A DNA stretch of 63,342 nt, filler included, from Basidiobolus ranarum (GCA_040143965.1; 48 parts of 48 records of this genome joined end to end with filler, not necessarily neighbours in it); one strand, 5' to 3'. Counted from the first letter of the whole stretch, positions 13,273 through 26,512 are shown. Numbers and translations are program-made. Notes: a model not told the origin generated them from the sequence alone.

Positions 13273-14497
13273 ACTCCTGCCATCAGTAAACTTGGAGGTT
13301 TTTGTGGGCACAATGCACTATCTTGCTGTAGATTTTGTCAAATCAATGGAGTTTACTCTAACAGGCATATGCATTACTACTATTCAAATACAACACTACA
13401 CTTCATCATTTTACCATCAAGAGCCCGGTCAGATCTCTACATGATCACTGATATCAATTCACCAAGTAGTCAGTCTAACATCAAACTTGGTATTTGCTGT
13501 AAGCCTAAGATTACATTGCTAAAGGGGATCACTTGGAGCCAGAGCTTCCCATTAGGCACTATGCACTTACCATTCAACAACATTTCAATACCAATCACTC
13601 AGCTATATAGTGGAAAATTCAATATGAATGAGCCATTGAAGATAGGATCAAAGTTTGAATCAATTGTGAAAATGGTTGAAAACATCAAGATATCATCATA
13701 TTTTACCAGGACTCCCATCAATATCCACTCATCTAAGTGTTTATTCAAATGCAAAGACTGGAAGTATTCGATTTGTATATAATCAAGTGGAATTTTGAAA
13801 CAATTTCTGCCTGATAAATATTGGCAACATTGGGAGTTGTTTGTGGATATTGTTAATATATTCTTGTGCCATCAACTCACATTAGCAGATCTCAGGCAGA
13901 TACAGCAACTATGCAAAGATTCTGTAATTAGATATGAAAAACTAAATTACAGATTTAAAGAAGATAGATTGAATCTATGTTGGTATCCTATACATTCCCT
14001 GCTGCATCTTTCACCATGCTTAGAGATTATAGGCCCTGGCTATACATTCCAGGTGTTCCCAATGGAGTGCACCTGCAGTGAAGTGATGCTCAGTGTGAAA
14101 TCATCACTACTACTCTACGCTAATCTGATTAATAATGTATCAGTAAAAACAGTGATGGATGTAATGCAATGGGTTAAAGAGACTCCAGAGCATATGAACC
14201 TTCCAACAAATGGCTCTTTTCAATTTACTCATGGGTTTTAACATTGTTTGATCACAATTTTGACAACAAAGCCCAATCCATAGACACAGAGTAAGTACCT
14301 CAATAATTCAGCCCAATTTGTTTGTGTAATAATCTGACAGTATTTCTAGGAAAGCTGCAAGACAGACTTCTTGGTGAGATAGATGAAGATATGCAGTATT
14401 ATTGTTTTAGCCATGGGGTAATCTATTCAAGCAATGACACATCTACTTGTGGCAGGACATTTGTTGACTGCAAGTCGGGGATATATTGGCTGAATTC
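13273..14497 (+). pseudogene. CMC transposase core to C-terminal region
   Basis: PAISKLGGFCGHNALSCCRFC, FKCKDWK, IHSLLHL, VFPMEC. Confidence 0.9.
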
Positions 14498-14597
14498 NNN
14501 NNNNNNNNNNNNNNNNNNNNNNNNNNNNNNNNNNNNNNNNNTTAATTAATTAANNNNNNNNNNNNNNNNNNNNNNNNNNNNNNNNNNNNNNNNNNNN

Positions 14598-14767
14598 CTT
14601 ATCTATTATATCATATTACACAAACTGCTGAATATCTCAAACAATTGATTTACTTCTCTACTATATAAGTCACCATTTTCTCTTAAGAATACAGTAAACA
14701 AAAAACACTATCAAAAGTTGCCTCTGATATACAAAGTCTATCCCCATTTTGTCAAGATCATCCAACA
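14598..14767 (-). repeat. LTR-B fragment (further copies at about 15400-15570, 15645-15822 and 18396-18471)
   Basis: Reverse complement of 15645-15822 and of part of 32261-32578. Confidence 0.75.
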
Positions 14768-14773
14768 TATATA

Positions 14774-15119
14774 TGTTGAAATTAGCATTGCCTAAACACC
14801 TATATAGTCATATATAGCTTAGTACTTAGTTATCTTATATTTCACTAAGATATTACCCATTATTCTCATGAGGAATTTACTTAGAATATTATACCAATGT
14901 AGTAGTTCTCAGATATATAGCTTTTTCAAACCTATGCTGGAAACCCCAAACTTTGCACACATGCTTCTGGGACCTATATAACACATTCAACAAGTTAGTT
15001 TGCTTATGTATTGACAAAATTATAAATGTCAACTTTCTACTCAATAAATCAATAAGTGAAAACCACCAATTCCTCTAAATCTCCAAACCACTTCCAACAG
15101 GCTCCCAAATACCTTAACA
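14774..15119 (+). mobile_element. Solo LTR-A (346 bp) with 5-bp TSD ATATA
   Basis: TGTTGA...TTAACA flanked by ATATA at 14769-14773 and 15120-15124. Confidence 0.88.
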
Positions 15120-15922
15120 ATATACACATACACTCAACTAAAAGTTGAGGGAAGCAATAGTTGGAAGACCTAGAAAGCTTTAATCTGACAATATGATACC
15201 AAGTCTAGAAGATAAGAGTTCAACATCTAAACATTCATCAAGTTTGGCATATTGACTGCATCTTTACTGAACAATGCTGATGCAACATGTGAAATGTGTT
15301 GAGAAAGGTACCAGGAATATGCATGCAAAGTTTGGGGTTTCTAGCACAAGTTTGGAACATCTATATATAAGAGCTATCAAGTTGGCATTAATATTTCAAA
15401 TGTAATAAGATATAATAGATATATGGGGGTAATAAGAAATACTGTTTATACTGATATGAAAGTATTCCTGGTTAGAATATAGGAGCTATAGATAGATTGC
15501 TTTGTTGTTTCTGATATATGTCTCATAGCTGAAGTTAACCAATATATTGAATAAAGATAAATTATCAAGCAATATAAAACATAGTGCCATGTGGAATTAT
15601 TAATGTTAGAAATATTTTAGTGCCAGCAAAGCATGAAGAGAAACTATTGGAGGATCTTGACATAATGGGGGTAGACTTTGAGTATTTAGAAGCAACTTAT
15701 GATAGTGTGTATTAGTTAGTTTATTCTTAAGAGTATATGGTGACTTATATAGTAGAAAAGTAAATCAATTGTTTGAGATATTCAGGAGTTTGTGTAATAA
15801 GATATAATAGATAAGTGGGGGTNNNNNNNNNNNNNNNNNNNNNNNNNNNNNNNNNNNNNNNNNNNNTTAATTAATTAANNNNNNNNNNNNNNNNNNNNNN
15901 NNNNNNNNNNNNNNNNNNNNNN

Positions 15923-16589
15923 CTACCAGATTGCATTCTTCCATTTTAAACTTCTTTAGTATATCTAGGATATACTTAGGCCAGCTTAAAGTTATTTTTT
16001 TGGTAGTTTCATCTATCTTAATATGGATTCCAAGATAGTATGTCCGCTCTTCAAGATCAGTCATTTTGAATTTTGCAGATAAGCTGTATTTGGTTTTCTC
16101 CAAAGTCTTCAAGTCATTGGTTGCTATAATAAGGTCATCTACATATAAGATTAATAAAGCTGAGATTGTCATATCTGGCCTGAAGTAGATACTATAGTCA
16201 TTATTACTCTCTTGGAATTTGAGTGTTTCCAAAAAAGCAGCTATCTTGCTATTCCAAGCTCTACAAGATTGTTTTAAGCTATCAAGTGTTTTCCACAGTC
16301 TGCAAACCTTTTTAGGGTTTTCTGCATCCTCAAATCCATCTGGTTGGTCCATATAGATCTCCTCAGCAAGCTCACCATCAAAAAAGCAGCTTTAACATCC
16401 ATTTGATGTATAATAAACTGATATTTAGCTAAAATTGCTAAAATCAATGTGATTGAATTAAGTTTTGCTACAGGAGCAAAAGTTTCTGCATAATCTATTC
16501 CTGGTGCTTGGGAAGAGCCTTTGGCTACTAGTCTAGCCTTGTACCTTTCTATATTGCCATCAGAGTTGTATTTTACTTTAAACGCTCAT
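15923..16589 (-). mobile_element. Ty1/Copia reverse transcriptase
   Basis: [18 protein letters not shown]; cut by a CMC terminus at 16590. Confidence 0.95.
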
Positions 16590-17147
16590 CCCTAACAAAA
16601 ATAAAATCAATTTGATCCGGATTGGATCCACCCTCCAAAATAGCAAAACTGTGAGAGAACCATCACAATATTGCTGGCTTGCATTCTGCCAGGGATTTTG
16701 ATGGTGTGACGGTGGTTTCTTGATGGTATCTTAACAGTATTCATACATGTTAAAATATTGATCCTCAAATTTGGCATGCATTATTCAATCACCAGCAATT
16801 TTTGCAAAAATATAATTTTTGAATAGCAAATTACTGGGTTTACTGCTGTAGGAATTTGAATAAATATGCATGCCTTTATTTAGATATTTTAGGCTTTGTA
16901 TTCCAGCCATAATGAGAATCAAAAAATACAAGAATCTCGTTGTGTTTAGTCTCTACATATGCACATATTTGACTGATTAGACATAACTCAACAACATCAA
17001 TATGCTTTACCAGCAAACTAACAGTGGAAAAATTGCTAAACATCTGAAATTTTGAATAGCACTGACACTTGGCAAATAGCTGACTCTTGTTACCGTTCAC
17101 AATGAGAATAAGCTCTTGGATTTTGGCAAATTTCCGTAAAGAATTCA
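16590..17147 (-). mobile_element. CMC transposase-side end with transposase C-terminus (stop near 16876)
   Basis: CCCTAACAAAAATAAAAT at 16590; ORF 16876-17100 continues the transposase C-terminal reading seen in other copies. Confidence 0.88.
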
Positions 17148-17247
17148 NNNNNNNNNNNNNNNNNNNNNNNNNNNNNNNNNNNNNNNNNNNNTTAATTAAT
17201 TAANNNNNNNNNNNNNNNNNNNNNNNNNNNNNNNNNNNNNNNNNNNN

Positions 17248-17759
17248 GAGCTTATTCTTATTGTGAATGGTAACAAGAGTCAGCTCTTTGCCAATTGTCA
17301 GTGCTATTTCAAATTTCAGATGTTGAGCAATTTTTCCACCGTCAGTTTGCTGGTAAAGAATATTGATGTTGTTAAGTTATGTCTAATCAGTCAAGTATGT
17401 GCATATGTAGAGATTAAACACAACAAGATTCTTCTATTTTTGATTCTCATTATGGCTGGAATACAAGGCCTGAAATATCTAAATAAAGGCATGCATATTA
17501 ATTTGAATTGCTACAGCAGTGAACCCAGTAATTTGCCATTTAAAATTATTTTTTTGCAAAAATTGCCAGATATTGAATAATGCTTGCCAATTTTGAGGAT
17601 CAATATTTTAACATGTATGAATACCATCAAGTAACCACCATTAAACTATCAAAATCACTGACAGAATGCAAGCCACCAATATTGTGATGGTTCTCAGACA
17701 GTTTTGCTATTTTGGAGCATGCATCTGTTATGGATCAAATTGATTTTATTTCTATTTGG
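17248..17759 (+). mobile_element. CMC transposase C-terminus and degenerate terminus
   Basis: Reverse complement of 16590-17110; the terminal bases are eroded. Confidence 0.82.
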
Positions 17760-18395
17760 CAAGGGCCCAATTCATCTGGGATTAAGACACAAATATTCTT
17801 ATGCAAATAAGGATCTAATTAGGCTTAGTGATGCAGATTGGACATATGATTTTTAGGTCAGAAGATCTATCACTGGATATAACTTTCTCTATAGTGAATC
17901 AGCCATATCTTGGAATTGCAAGAAACAACCCACTGTAGCACTTTCAACTACTGAAGCGGAGTACATGGCAGCATCACATACAACAAAGAAGGCTATTTGG
18001 TGAAGGAAACTGTTCAAAGATTTATGCATTTTTCAAAGTTCATCCACCCTAACTTTCAAGGATAATTAAAGTTGTATTTCTTTAGCTAAAAATCCCAAAT
18101 TCTATGCTAGAAGTAAGCACATTGATATTCAACATCACTTTGTTAGGGAAGCTAATGAGAATAAGCACATCCAACTAGAGTACTGTCCAATTGAGGACAT
18201 TATTGCAAAAATACTTACCAAGCCATTACCCAAACCAAAATATGAGGAATTAAGATTTAATTTAGGATCAAGATATGCAAATATTTAGTAGAGTGGGAGT
18301 GTTGAAGTTTATTTTCTTTGTCATATTTGTTATCTCTATATTTATACACCTAACTATCTCATATAGCACATATAAGTTAGTTAACATTACTTAGT
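17760..18395 (+). mobile_element. Copia family C RNase H, PPT and start of 3' LTR
   Basis: [40 protein letters not shown] then TGTTGAAG at 18300. Confidence 0.9.
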
Positions 18396-18571
18396 ATTGG
18401 ATAATTCATCTTTATTTAGCATCATAGTTAACTAGAGTTAACATACATATATCAGAAACAGAAAGCAATGTNNNNNNNNNNNNNNNNNNNNNNNNNNNNN
18501 NNNNNNNNNNNNNNNTTAATTAATTAANNNNNNNNNNNNNNNNNNNNNNNNNNNNNNNNNNNNNNNNNNNN

Positions 18572-19795
18572 GGTTGTTTCTTTGAATTCCAAGAAATAGC
18601 TCCATTACAGCAAAGAAATAAGTATCCTGTTGTAGATCTCCTGTCTTCAATATCTCTTCCCCAATTTGCATCTGAATATCCCATCAGATCAAAGTTTGAT
18701 CCAGAATATGTGTATTTTAAGCATAGATCCACAGTACCTTTCAAATATCTGAAAATCTGCTTAACTGCTATGATTTGATCAGATCCATAATTTTGAAGAT
18801 ATTGGCACATAACTCCCACAGAATATGCAATATCTGGCCATGTTCCAACCATGATATACATCAAACTACCAACCATAGATTGATAAGGAAATTTCTGGCT
18901 TTCATTTGAATCCAAGAACATCTGATTTGAGCCATTTTTGGTCAAGTTAAGATTTGTCTCCATTGGGGTAGATACTGGATTACATTCTTCCATTTTACAC
19001 TTCTTTAGTATATTTAAGATATACTTAGACTGGTTTAAAGTTATTGCTTTGGTAGTTTTATCTATCTTAATATGGATCCCAAGATAGTACATCAGTTCAC
19101 CTATATCAGTCATTTTGAATTCAGCAGATAAGCTGGATTTGGTTTTCTCCAAAGTCTTCAAGTCATTGCTTGCTATAATAAGGTCATCTACATATAAGGC
19201 TAATAAAACTGGGTTAGTCTTATCTGGCCTGAAGTAGATACTATAGTCAGCATTGCTCTTTTTGAATTTGGGTGTTTCTAAAAAAGCATCAATCTTGCTA
19301 TTTCAAGCTCTCAGAGATTGTTTTAAGCCATGGAGTGTTTTCCAGAGTCTGCAAACTTTTTTAGGGTTTTCTGGGTCCACAAATCCATCTGCTGGTCCAT
19401 ATAGATCTCCGCAGCAAGCTCACCATTCAAACAAGCTGCTGTAACATCCATTTGATGTATAATAAACTGATATTTAGCTGAAACTGCTAAAATCAATCTA
19501 ATTGAATTAAACTTTGCTACAGGAGCAAAAGTTGCTGTGTAATCTATTCCTGGTGTTTGGGAATAGCCTTTGGCTACTAGTCTAGCTTTGTACCTTTCTA
19601 TATTGCCCTCAGAGCTGTATTTGACTTTAAACACCTATTGGCAGCCAATTGATTCTCGATCATCAGGTAAGTTGGTTAAAATCTAAGTTTGATTATCAAT
19701 CAAAGCCTGGTACTCATCAGCCATTGCAGATCTCCAAAATTTTGTGTGAGGGCCATTCAGGGCCTCTTTTACAGTCTGGGGTTCATGTATTTGAG
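18572..19795 (-). mobile_element. Ty1/Copia RT-RNase H (family A)
   Basis: [30 protein letters not shown]...RRSTTGY. Confidence 0.95.
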
Positions 19796-19896
19796 NNNNN
19801 NNNNNNNNNNNNNNNNNNNNNNNNNNNNNNNNNNNNNNNTTAATTAATTAANNNNNNNNNNNNNNNNNNNNNNNNNNNNNNNNNNNNNNNNNNNNT

Positions 19897-20175
19897 GACT
19901 ACACTCGTCGTTGGGGTACTGTTGCTTGCATCGCTCTTCCAGCTGGTGCTAAGGGAACTTTCCCTGTCTTCGATCTTGTTCTCCAGCGTTTGACCATCCG
20001 TGGTTCCATTGTTGGTAACCGTCAAGACCTTGCTGAGGCTCTCGACTTTGCTGCTCGCGGTAAGGTCAAGTGTCACTACAAGGTTCAAGACATGGAAACC
20101 ATTCCTCAAGTATATGAAGACATGCATGCTGGTAAGATTGCAGGACGTATTGTTCTTGACATGCATAACCATTAA
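19897..20175 (+). CDS. ADH1: Zinc-dependent alcohol dehydrogenase (Adh1/AdhP-like), 3' fragment
   Basis: DYTRRWGTVACIALPAG...LTIRGSIVGNRQDLAEALDFAARGKV...GKIAGRIVLD; strongly biased codons; 5' end cut by the contig edge. Confidence 0.93.
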   Translation, partial: DYTRRWGTVACIALPAGAKGTFPVFDLVLQRLTIRGSIVGNRQDLAEALDFAARGKVKCHYKVQDMETIPQVYEDMHAGKIAGRIVLDMHNH

Positions 20176-21010
20176 GTTGATATAAAACTTGAGCACTATG
20201 TACATTTTGTTTTAATAAATTTTTAAATTATAAATCTCTATCATTGATATTTGATGAATAGATGGGTTTCGAGATAAATTTAATGTGTTATTACGCGTAT
20301 TAAGACTGAAACAAAGAGAACACAATGAACTATATGGTATCAATTATACTTAATGCTTATTTGTATTCTAATAGTTAGTACATCGAATTACCAGTTTTTT
20401 GCTCTTTTTTAGGTTTTCCTACTTGCGATTATTTAACTCAGTAGATGCTAGCATCTGTTGATATCCGCTTAGCGGCAGTTAGTCCCAGTTTTGTACAAGT
20501 GTATTTAGCTTTAGTTATACAGCATATCTACTCTTGAAATTCGTTTGATTCAAGCAGAGCAATGAATGTGCAAATGCTGAGATATACATTATCGTACAAT
20601 TCTGTTTACTTTTCTCGTACATTGATTTCAAAATTGTCAAAGTTAATTAACCTCATTTGCCAAGGTATGATATATCCTAAGCTCTTAAAGGAGCCGGAGT
20701 GTAACTGATATGGTCCACCTCTATACTAACTTATTCAACTCTAATTTTGGCTAGATCTATGCAAGTTTTTGCTTAAGATCCATTTATGTAATGGTTAAAT
20801 AATAGAAACTATACTGTGAGAACTTTTAAAAGTGGTTACCTATTTCATGCATTATGAAAGGAATTCTATTAAATTTTAGTTTGTAGCATACCTTATCGGA
20901 TTGACACTAATACGCTCTTATTTCAGAGGTATTGTTAATATATTTTATCTATTTATTGGTAGAGATATTTATATGTTACATTTTCGAAGTTCTACAGTGA
21001 AATTAGAATA

Positions 21011-21118
21011 TTAAGAGCGATTAAGAGCAGCAGAAGCCTCAGCTTGCTTGACCAAGTTCTCAGGAGCATCCAACCAGTCCATCATCAATTCAACAAGATT
21101 GATCTTGTCACTGTGAGA
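21011..21118 (-). CDS. PDC1: Pyruvate decarboxylase-family (TPP 2-oxo-acid decarboxylase) C-terminus
   Basis: Hand translation SHSDKINLVELMMDWLDAPENLVKQAEASAALNRS* resembles the yeast Pdc1 tail (KIRMIEIMLPVFDAPQNLVEQA); only 35 aa visible and absent from the ORF track. Confidence 0.82.
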   Translation of the reverse strand, partial: SHSDKINLVELMMDWLDAPENLVKQAEASAALNRS

Positions 21119-21219
21119 TNNNNNNNNNNNNNNNNNNNNNNNNNNNNNNNNNNNNNNNNNNNNTTAATTAATTAANNNNNNNNNNNNNNNNNNNNNNNNN
21201 NNNNNNNNNNNNNNNNNNN

Positions 21220-21688
21220 GAAGAACTTAATACAGAGTGGCACAACATCATAGGGTATCCACCAGATAGCTGGAAGAATGCTGATTCAGCAAGGTTAATA
21301 CAATGGTGGGCTTTGATGGAGTTATTGACACAAACTCATGTTGGGTATGAGCTAAATCTTGGGTATGAAGAACTCTATAAAAGTATTCAGGAGAATATAT
21401 CAAAGAGACTAAGGATTTTGAAGGGGACAAATTTGCATTCAAGCAGTAATTGTGTAAAATTTGAGTTACATTTTTGGCACATGTGTTGATCCATAGTTCT
21501 CTGAAATTTTAGCCAATTTTTTGCAACTATTTTGCAAGATCTTGAAATTTCACTCCTGAAACTGAAAAAAATTGATTAAAATCAAATCTAACTTGCCAAT
21601 TTTATGATGGTAAGTAAATGGTCAAACCCAAATGGATTAAAATTGTGATGGTTTTTCTACAATAACAATCCTCAAATTTCTGTTGGGG
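21220..21688 (+). mobile_element. CMC ORF2 3' part and terminus
   Basis: Ends CCTCAAATTTCTGTTGGGG at 21688. Confidence 0.88.
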
Positions 21689-22443
21689 CAAGAAGTCTGT
21701 CTTGCAGCTTTCCTGAAAGTACCATCAGATTATCACACAAGCAAGTTAGTCCAATTATAGAGGTACTTACTCTGTGTCCATGGATTGGGCTTTGTTGTGA
21801 GCATTGTGCTCAAACAATGCAATAACTGGTGAGCACATTGAAAAGAGCCCTTTGTTGGCAGGTTAATATACTCTGGAGTCTCCTTAACCCATTGCTTTAC
21901 ATCCATCACTGCTTTAGCTGATACATTGTTAATCAGATTAGCATTTGGTAACACTGACAATTTCACATGGAGCATCATTTCACCCCAGGTGTGTTCCATT
22001 AGGAACTCCCAGAATGTTTAGCAAGGGCCTAAAAATCTCTGAGCATTGTGAAAGATGTAGCAGGGAATGTTTTGAATACCAGCATAGATTCAGTTTATCT
22101 TGTTTAAACCTGTAATAAAGTCTTTCATATCCAAATGGAAAACCTTTGCACAGTTGCTGTATCTGCCTGAGATCTGTCAATATGAATTGATGCCATAAGA
22201 ATATATTAACAATATCCACAAACAACTCCCAATGTGGCCAATACTCATCAGGAAGAAATCTTTTCAAAATTCTACTTGAATATATACAAATCCAATACTT
22301 CCAGTCTTTGCATTTGAATAAATGTTTAGATAAGTGGATATTGATGGGAGTCCTGGTAAAATATGATGTTATCTTGATTTTTTCAAGCATTTTCCCAATT
22401 GATTCAAACTTTGATCCTATCTTGAATGGCCCATTCATATTGA
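21689..22443 (-). pseudogene. CMC transposase fragment
   Basis: LFKCKDWKYWICIYSSRILKRFLPDEYWPHWELFV. Confidence 0.88.
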
Positions 22444-22543
22444 NNNNNNNNNNNNNNNNNNNNNNNNNNNNNNNNNNNNNNNNNNNNTTAATTAATTAAN
22501 NNNNNNNNNNNNNNNNNNNNNNNNNNNNNNNNNNNNNNNNNNN

Positions 22544-23031
22544 GAATACTGTTCTGGTAGACTACTTAGAAGAGTCATAATGACATCTTCTTCCTGTAAA
22601 GTTGCACCAATATTTTCCAGTTATTTTGCCAAAGATCTCACATTTGCAATATGAATGACCATGTTTTCAGACTTTTCCATATTTATATTGAAGAATTTTT
22701 GTCTGAGAAAGAGTCTATTAGCAAGACTCTTTGCTTCATAACACTCTTCCTATATAGTCCAAGCTTGATGGAAAGTCTTTGCATATTGAAAATTCACAAG
22801 TTATGAATCCTTCAAACTTTGACAAATGACATTTAAGGTCTTCTTGTCTCTTTTCTTGTAAGCTTCCAGTAAAGTAGGGTCAGAAGATTCCTTTTCATCT
22901 CCAGAGACTACATCCCAAAGCTTCCTATCTTCCAGCATGATTTGCATCTTGAATCTAAAGAAATTGTAATTTTCTCCATCAAGCTTTTCAACACTTGAAC
23001 TAAGAAAAGTGGTAGTAGTGGTTTCTGTCAT
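22544..23031 (-). mobile_element. Copia family C gag N-terminus
   Basis: VEKLDGENYNFFRFKMQIMLEDRKLWDVVSG; paralog of 5710-6197. Confidence 0.9.
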
Positions 23032-23035
23032 GCTG

Positions 23036-23651
23036 TGTTGTGCACCAACATACAAAGTTGTTTAAACTTATGCCTTATCTATACAACTTGAATGAATATC
23101 TATTTAGTTTATCATTATTGCTAACTAGTCACTTGACCTTATCCAGTGACTTTATCATGTGACCTATCACCTGACAAACTATCTATTTGCTTATCCCTTC
23201 TATCAGATCATATGACCAATCACAAGATCATTATCCAATCAGTATTAACCTCTGAGTCATCTACCAAGACATAAGTCAATATGAGTCACAAGATTCATAA
23301 CCAATGATCTTTCACTGCCAAGAATTCAGCTGATGCATGACTCACTTATCAATCTATCTATCTATTCAATCACATTTTCTTTTATCAGAATTAGTCATCT
23401 AATATCTTGGCACTGACTAATTCACTTTGCTATCAAAAAGTAAAAATAAAGCTAACTGAACCCTTTGGTTTAGTGTGTGTCTCAACAAATTTAGGATCTC
23501 AACACTTCTCAGTGCTTCTCTACAAATTCATTATTCCCTCCCATTTCTCTCCAAGCCTAGTATCCACTAGGACCTACAGAACACCAAGCCTAGCAGCCTA
23601 GCAAACCTACTCTCTACCGTACCATAGCAACCCACTGCTATTCCCAAGACA
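23036..23651. mobile_element. Probable LTR (about 616 bp) of another retrotransposon, inserted in the Copia leader
   Basis: Copia homology stops at TGTTGTGC; non-coding stretch ending AAGACA; no second copy to confirm the right boundary. Confidence 0.45.
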
Positions 23652-25189
23652 TATTTTAGTTCAATCTGCTCCGCTGAAATATCCAACTTAAACAGTTCTA
23701 AGATTCTGCACTTAACTGTTTCTTTGGTTCAGTAAAGTTCAAGACTTTTGTCCTCTTTTCTCTTGGNNNNNNNNNNNNNNNNNNNNNNNNNNNNNNNNNN
23801 NNNNNNNNNNTTAATTAATTAANNNNNNNNNNNNNNNNNNNNNNNNNNNNNNNNNNNNNNNNNNNNTGATTAAAAAGTATCATGAAGGAGGTGATAGTGA
23901 CAGTCAAGTAAGAAATTAAGTGCTGGCATCTAACTACAAAATTGAAAACAGGCTTCTCTGGTAAACATGTAATGACATGTAATGAGTAATAATTTATGTG
24001 GGATTACCTGAAATGCAAGCAAGAAATAGGAACTAATGTAGAAGGTGAATCTGATACAGCTACAGTACCATCTTTTCACCAATTTGTTTGGCCTTCTTCA
24101 CCTTTAAATTTCAAGCGTTTTAGTATTATTTGCACTTTTAGAATAATGTTAAAGTGTATACCATGACCCTAATCATCTTTTTGTGCTGCCCAATAACCCT
24201 AACCCTCCCTGATAGCCTTTGCTAATTAAAGAAAAGTATTATACAACCTGTGATGTTTTCATTCTTGCCCAGTAGCGGTTTGCACTTTTTTGTTTTTGGT
24301 ATTCTTTGTGAGACTGTATTTCTTGGAGAGTTTGCTACTATGTCCAACTCTTTTTGGGGATCAGTCGTTAGTTCCATCTCCATTTTAACTTGCCATATCA
24401 GCTCTTCAATTGGTGTTAGACTGCAAGCATGATGTGATTATGGGAATGTATGTCTCACTTACTATTTCATTAGCTTTTCCAAAAAATGGTGCTATCAAAG
24501 GAGAGTGTTTGCTTCAATGCCAAATCACTTGAGAATTTTACAGGATGCTTGCGCTAAAGACACCTTCAGCCTGAGCATTTGGGCTCTTGTGGCATTTCTG
24601 GCAAAAATTGCTGATGTTGTGGCATTTAATACACTCATTTTGTACACTCCCACTGTAACATTAATATCACCACCTGCCTTAGAATCCAAAACTTCTCCCT
24701 AATCAGATTTTACACCACTACCTTCAACTTCAAGGTTAGGTCCTGACTGATACTTGAGGTCAGACTTCCTTGACTATTGATATTTGCATTGTTTGAGTCA
24801 TCCTGCTTCATGGTTATGGTAGTAAATACGTGCTTGAGTAATGGAACTGGCTCTGGCTGATTTTCAACATTTGCTGGTTGCTCAACGGGGGAAATTTTAT
24901 CGGATGATTGTTCTGAAAACATTGATTTTCTATAACAATTAGATTATCTGGCAGAGGGAACTGCCACGGCAAGTAATCCTGAGGTGAGGAGTAGGTCTAA
25001 TGCGATATGCATATTTGTATATATTTGCCAATACACTTTGGTATTCATGTTGATTAGTTTTTATATTGCGATAGGCGGTATATCAAACTNNNNNNNNNNN
25101 NNNNNNNNNNNNNNNNNNNNNNNNNNNNNNNNNTTAATTAATTAANNNNNNNNNNNNNNNNNNNNNNNNNNNNNNNNNNNNNNNNNNNN

Positions 25190-25344
25190 CCTGAACTCTT
25201 CTGTTCAGCAGCTAGCTTTTGTTGCTCAGCTTCTACTTGCTTCTGTTCGCCCTTGGCGACCATACTTTCACTGTTGAACATCTTACCAACTCCTTCTTGG
25301 ATATTACCAGCGGCGTTCTTGGCGGCAGCAGAGATTTTAGACAT
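25190..25344 (-). CDS. Small CsbD-like hydrophilic stress protein, 5' part
   Basis: MSKISAAAKNAAGNIQEGVGKMFNSESMVAKGEQKQVE; TATATAAA at 25411-25418 on the minus strand. Confidence 0.65.
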
Positions 25345-26096
25345 GTTGATATTAGATTGATATGATTTGGAGGCAGTTGATTTTAATGATAATGGTGATC
25401 ACTGACTTACTTTATATACTCGTCCAATTCGGAATGAATTTATATCATCAATGAATATTTCGCAGATCAAGTCACACGGACTACGTTTTGATTTCGTCAC
25501 TATGTATTATCTCATCACAACGAAATTCAACTCTAAAAATAAAAGTTCGGATATGGCATAATCATAAGTTGATTACTACCAAATAAATTCATTCCTACTT
25601 GATCGGGTGCTGTTGTGTATGCAAAAAGCAATCGCTGAATGAATTACACGCCTTAACTAATTTGACTACTCGCAAAATCATCAATATATGTTGATCAGTG
25701 AAGAACGTAATGTGCTTAAACCAATTAAGACCTTGTACTCGTGTTTGCTAGCATTGTACTTGATAGTCTAATTACAGAAGTGGATCATTACCTTTTGATT
25801 GCAAAATAAATTGAACCTGAAATTTGTTTAATTGCCCTCATGACCTATTACAGCTTGCTAGTTAGTCCAAATTTTGTAGATGTACAGACAGCAGTAATCT
25901 TTATGATTTGTCAGAGCAACCGCCCTGTAACATAATAAATTTAGAATTCCAAATACGCTTGCAACACACACATTGAGAACATTATCAAGCGAGTTAATTT
26001 CAAGCAATATTTATTTTACTATTTAACAAAAAATGAAATTCACATATATTGGAGGAGTTGAGCCAACGGTATATTATTCGAATAAGAAAATATATA

Positions 26097-26412
26097 TTAC
26101 AATACTCTGTTGTTATAAGCTGCATTCTGTTGTGCATCACCATGTACTCGTTGTGAAGCTCCATTGAGTTCCATGGATGGATTGCCAGTGGCATAGCCTA
26201 CATTTTCTTTCACCGCACCAGTTGCAGCGTTGGTAGTTCCCGCGACAGCTCCTGGTTGATTTTTAGCCACATGTTCTTGGAGGTGACCACCTTGACGTTG
26301 TCCTGCACCTTGAACTTCAAGAGATGGCTTGTTGAAGGCACTTCCAACATTCTGTTTCATTGCTCCTACGGCTTGATCCTTCTTGGCAGACATGGTCGAA
26401 GGCTTTTCACCA
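26097..26412 (-). CDS. Two-repeat CsbD-like (Hmp1-like) protein, probably 5'-truncated
   Basis: Two units, GAMKQNVGSAFNKPSLEVQG and GAVKENVGYATGNPSMELNG; frame open to the contig edge (GEKPSTM). Confidence 0.75.
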
Positions 26413-26512
26413 NNNNNNNNNNNNNNNNNNNNNNNNNNNNNNNNNNNNNNNNNNNNTTAATTAATTAANNNNNNNNNNNNNNNNNNNNNNNNNNNNNNNN
26501 NNNNNNNNNNNN

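Noticed and set aside
14598-15822. Long inverted repeat at both contig ends suggesting a foldback element or MITE
   Set aside because: Both arms are copies of LTR-B, which occurs as a TSD-flanked solo LTR at 32261-32578.
23867-25089. Possible gene starting MFSEQSSDK (24710-24922, minus)
   Set aside because: The frame breaks early and no family is recognisable.
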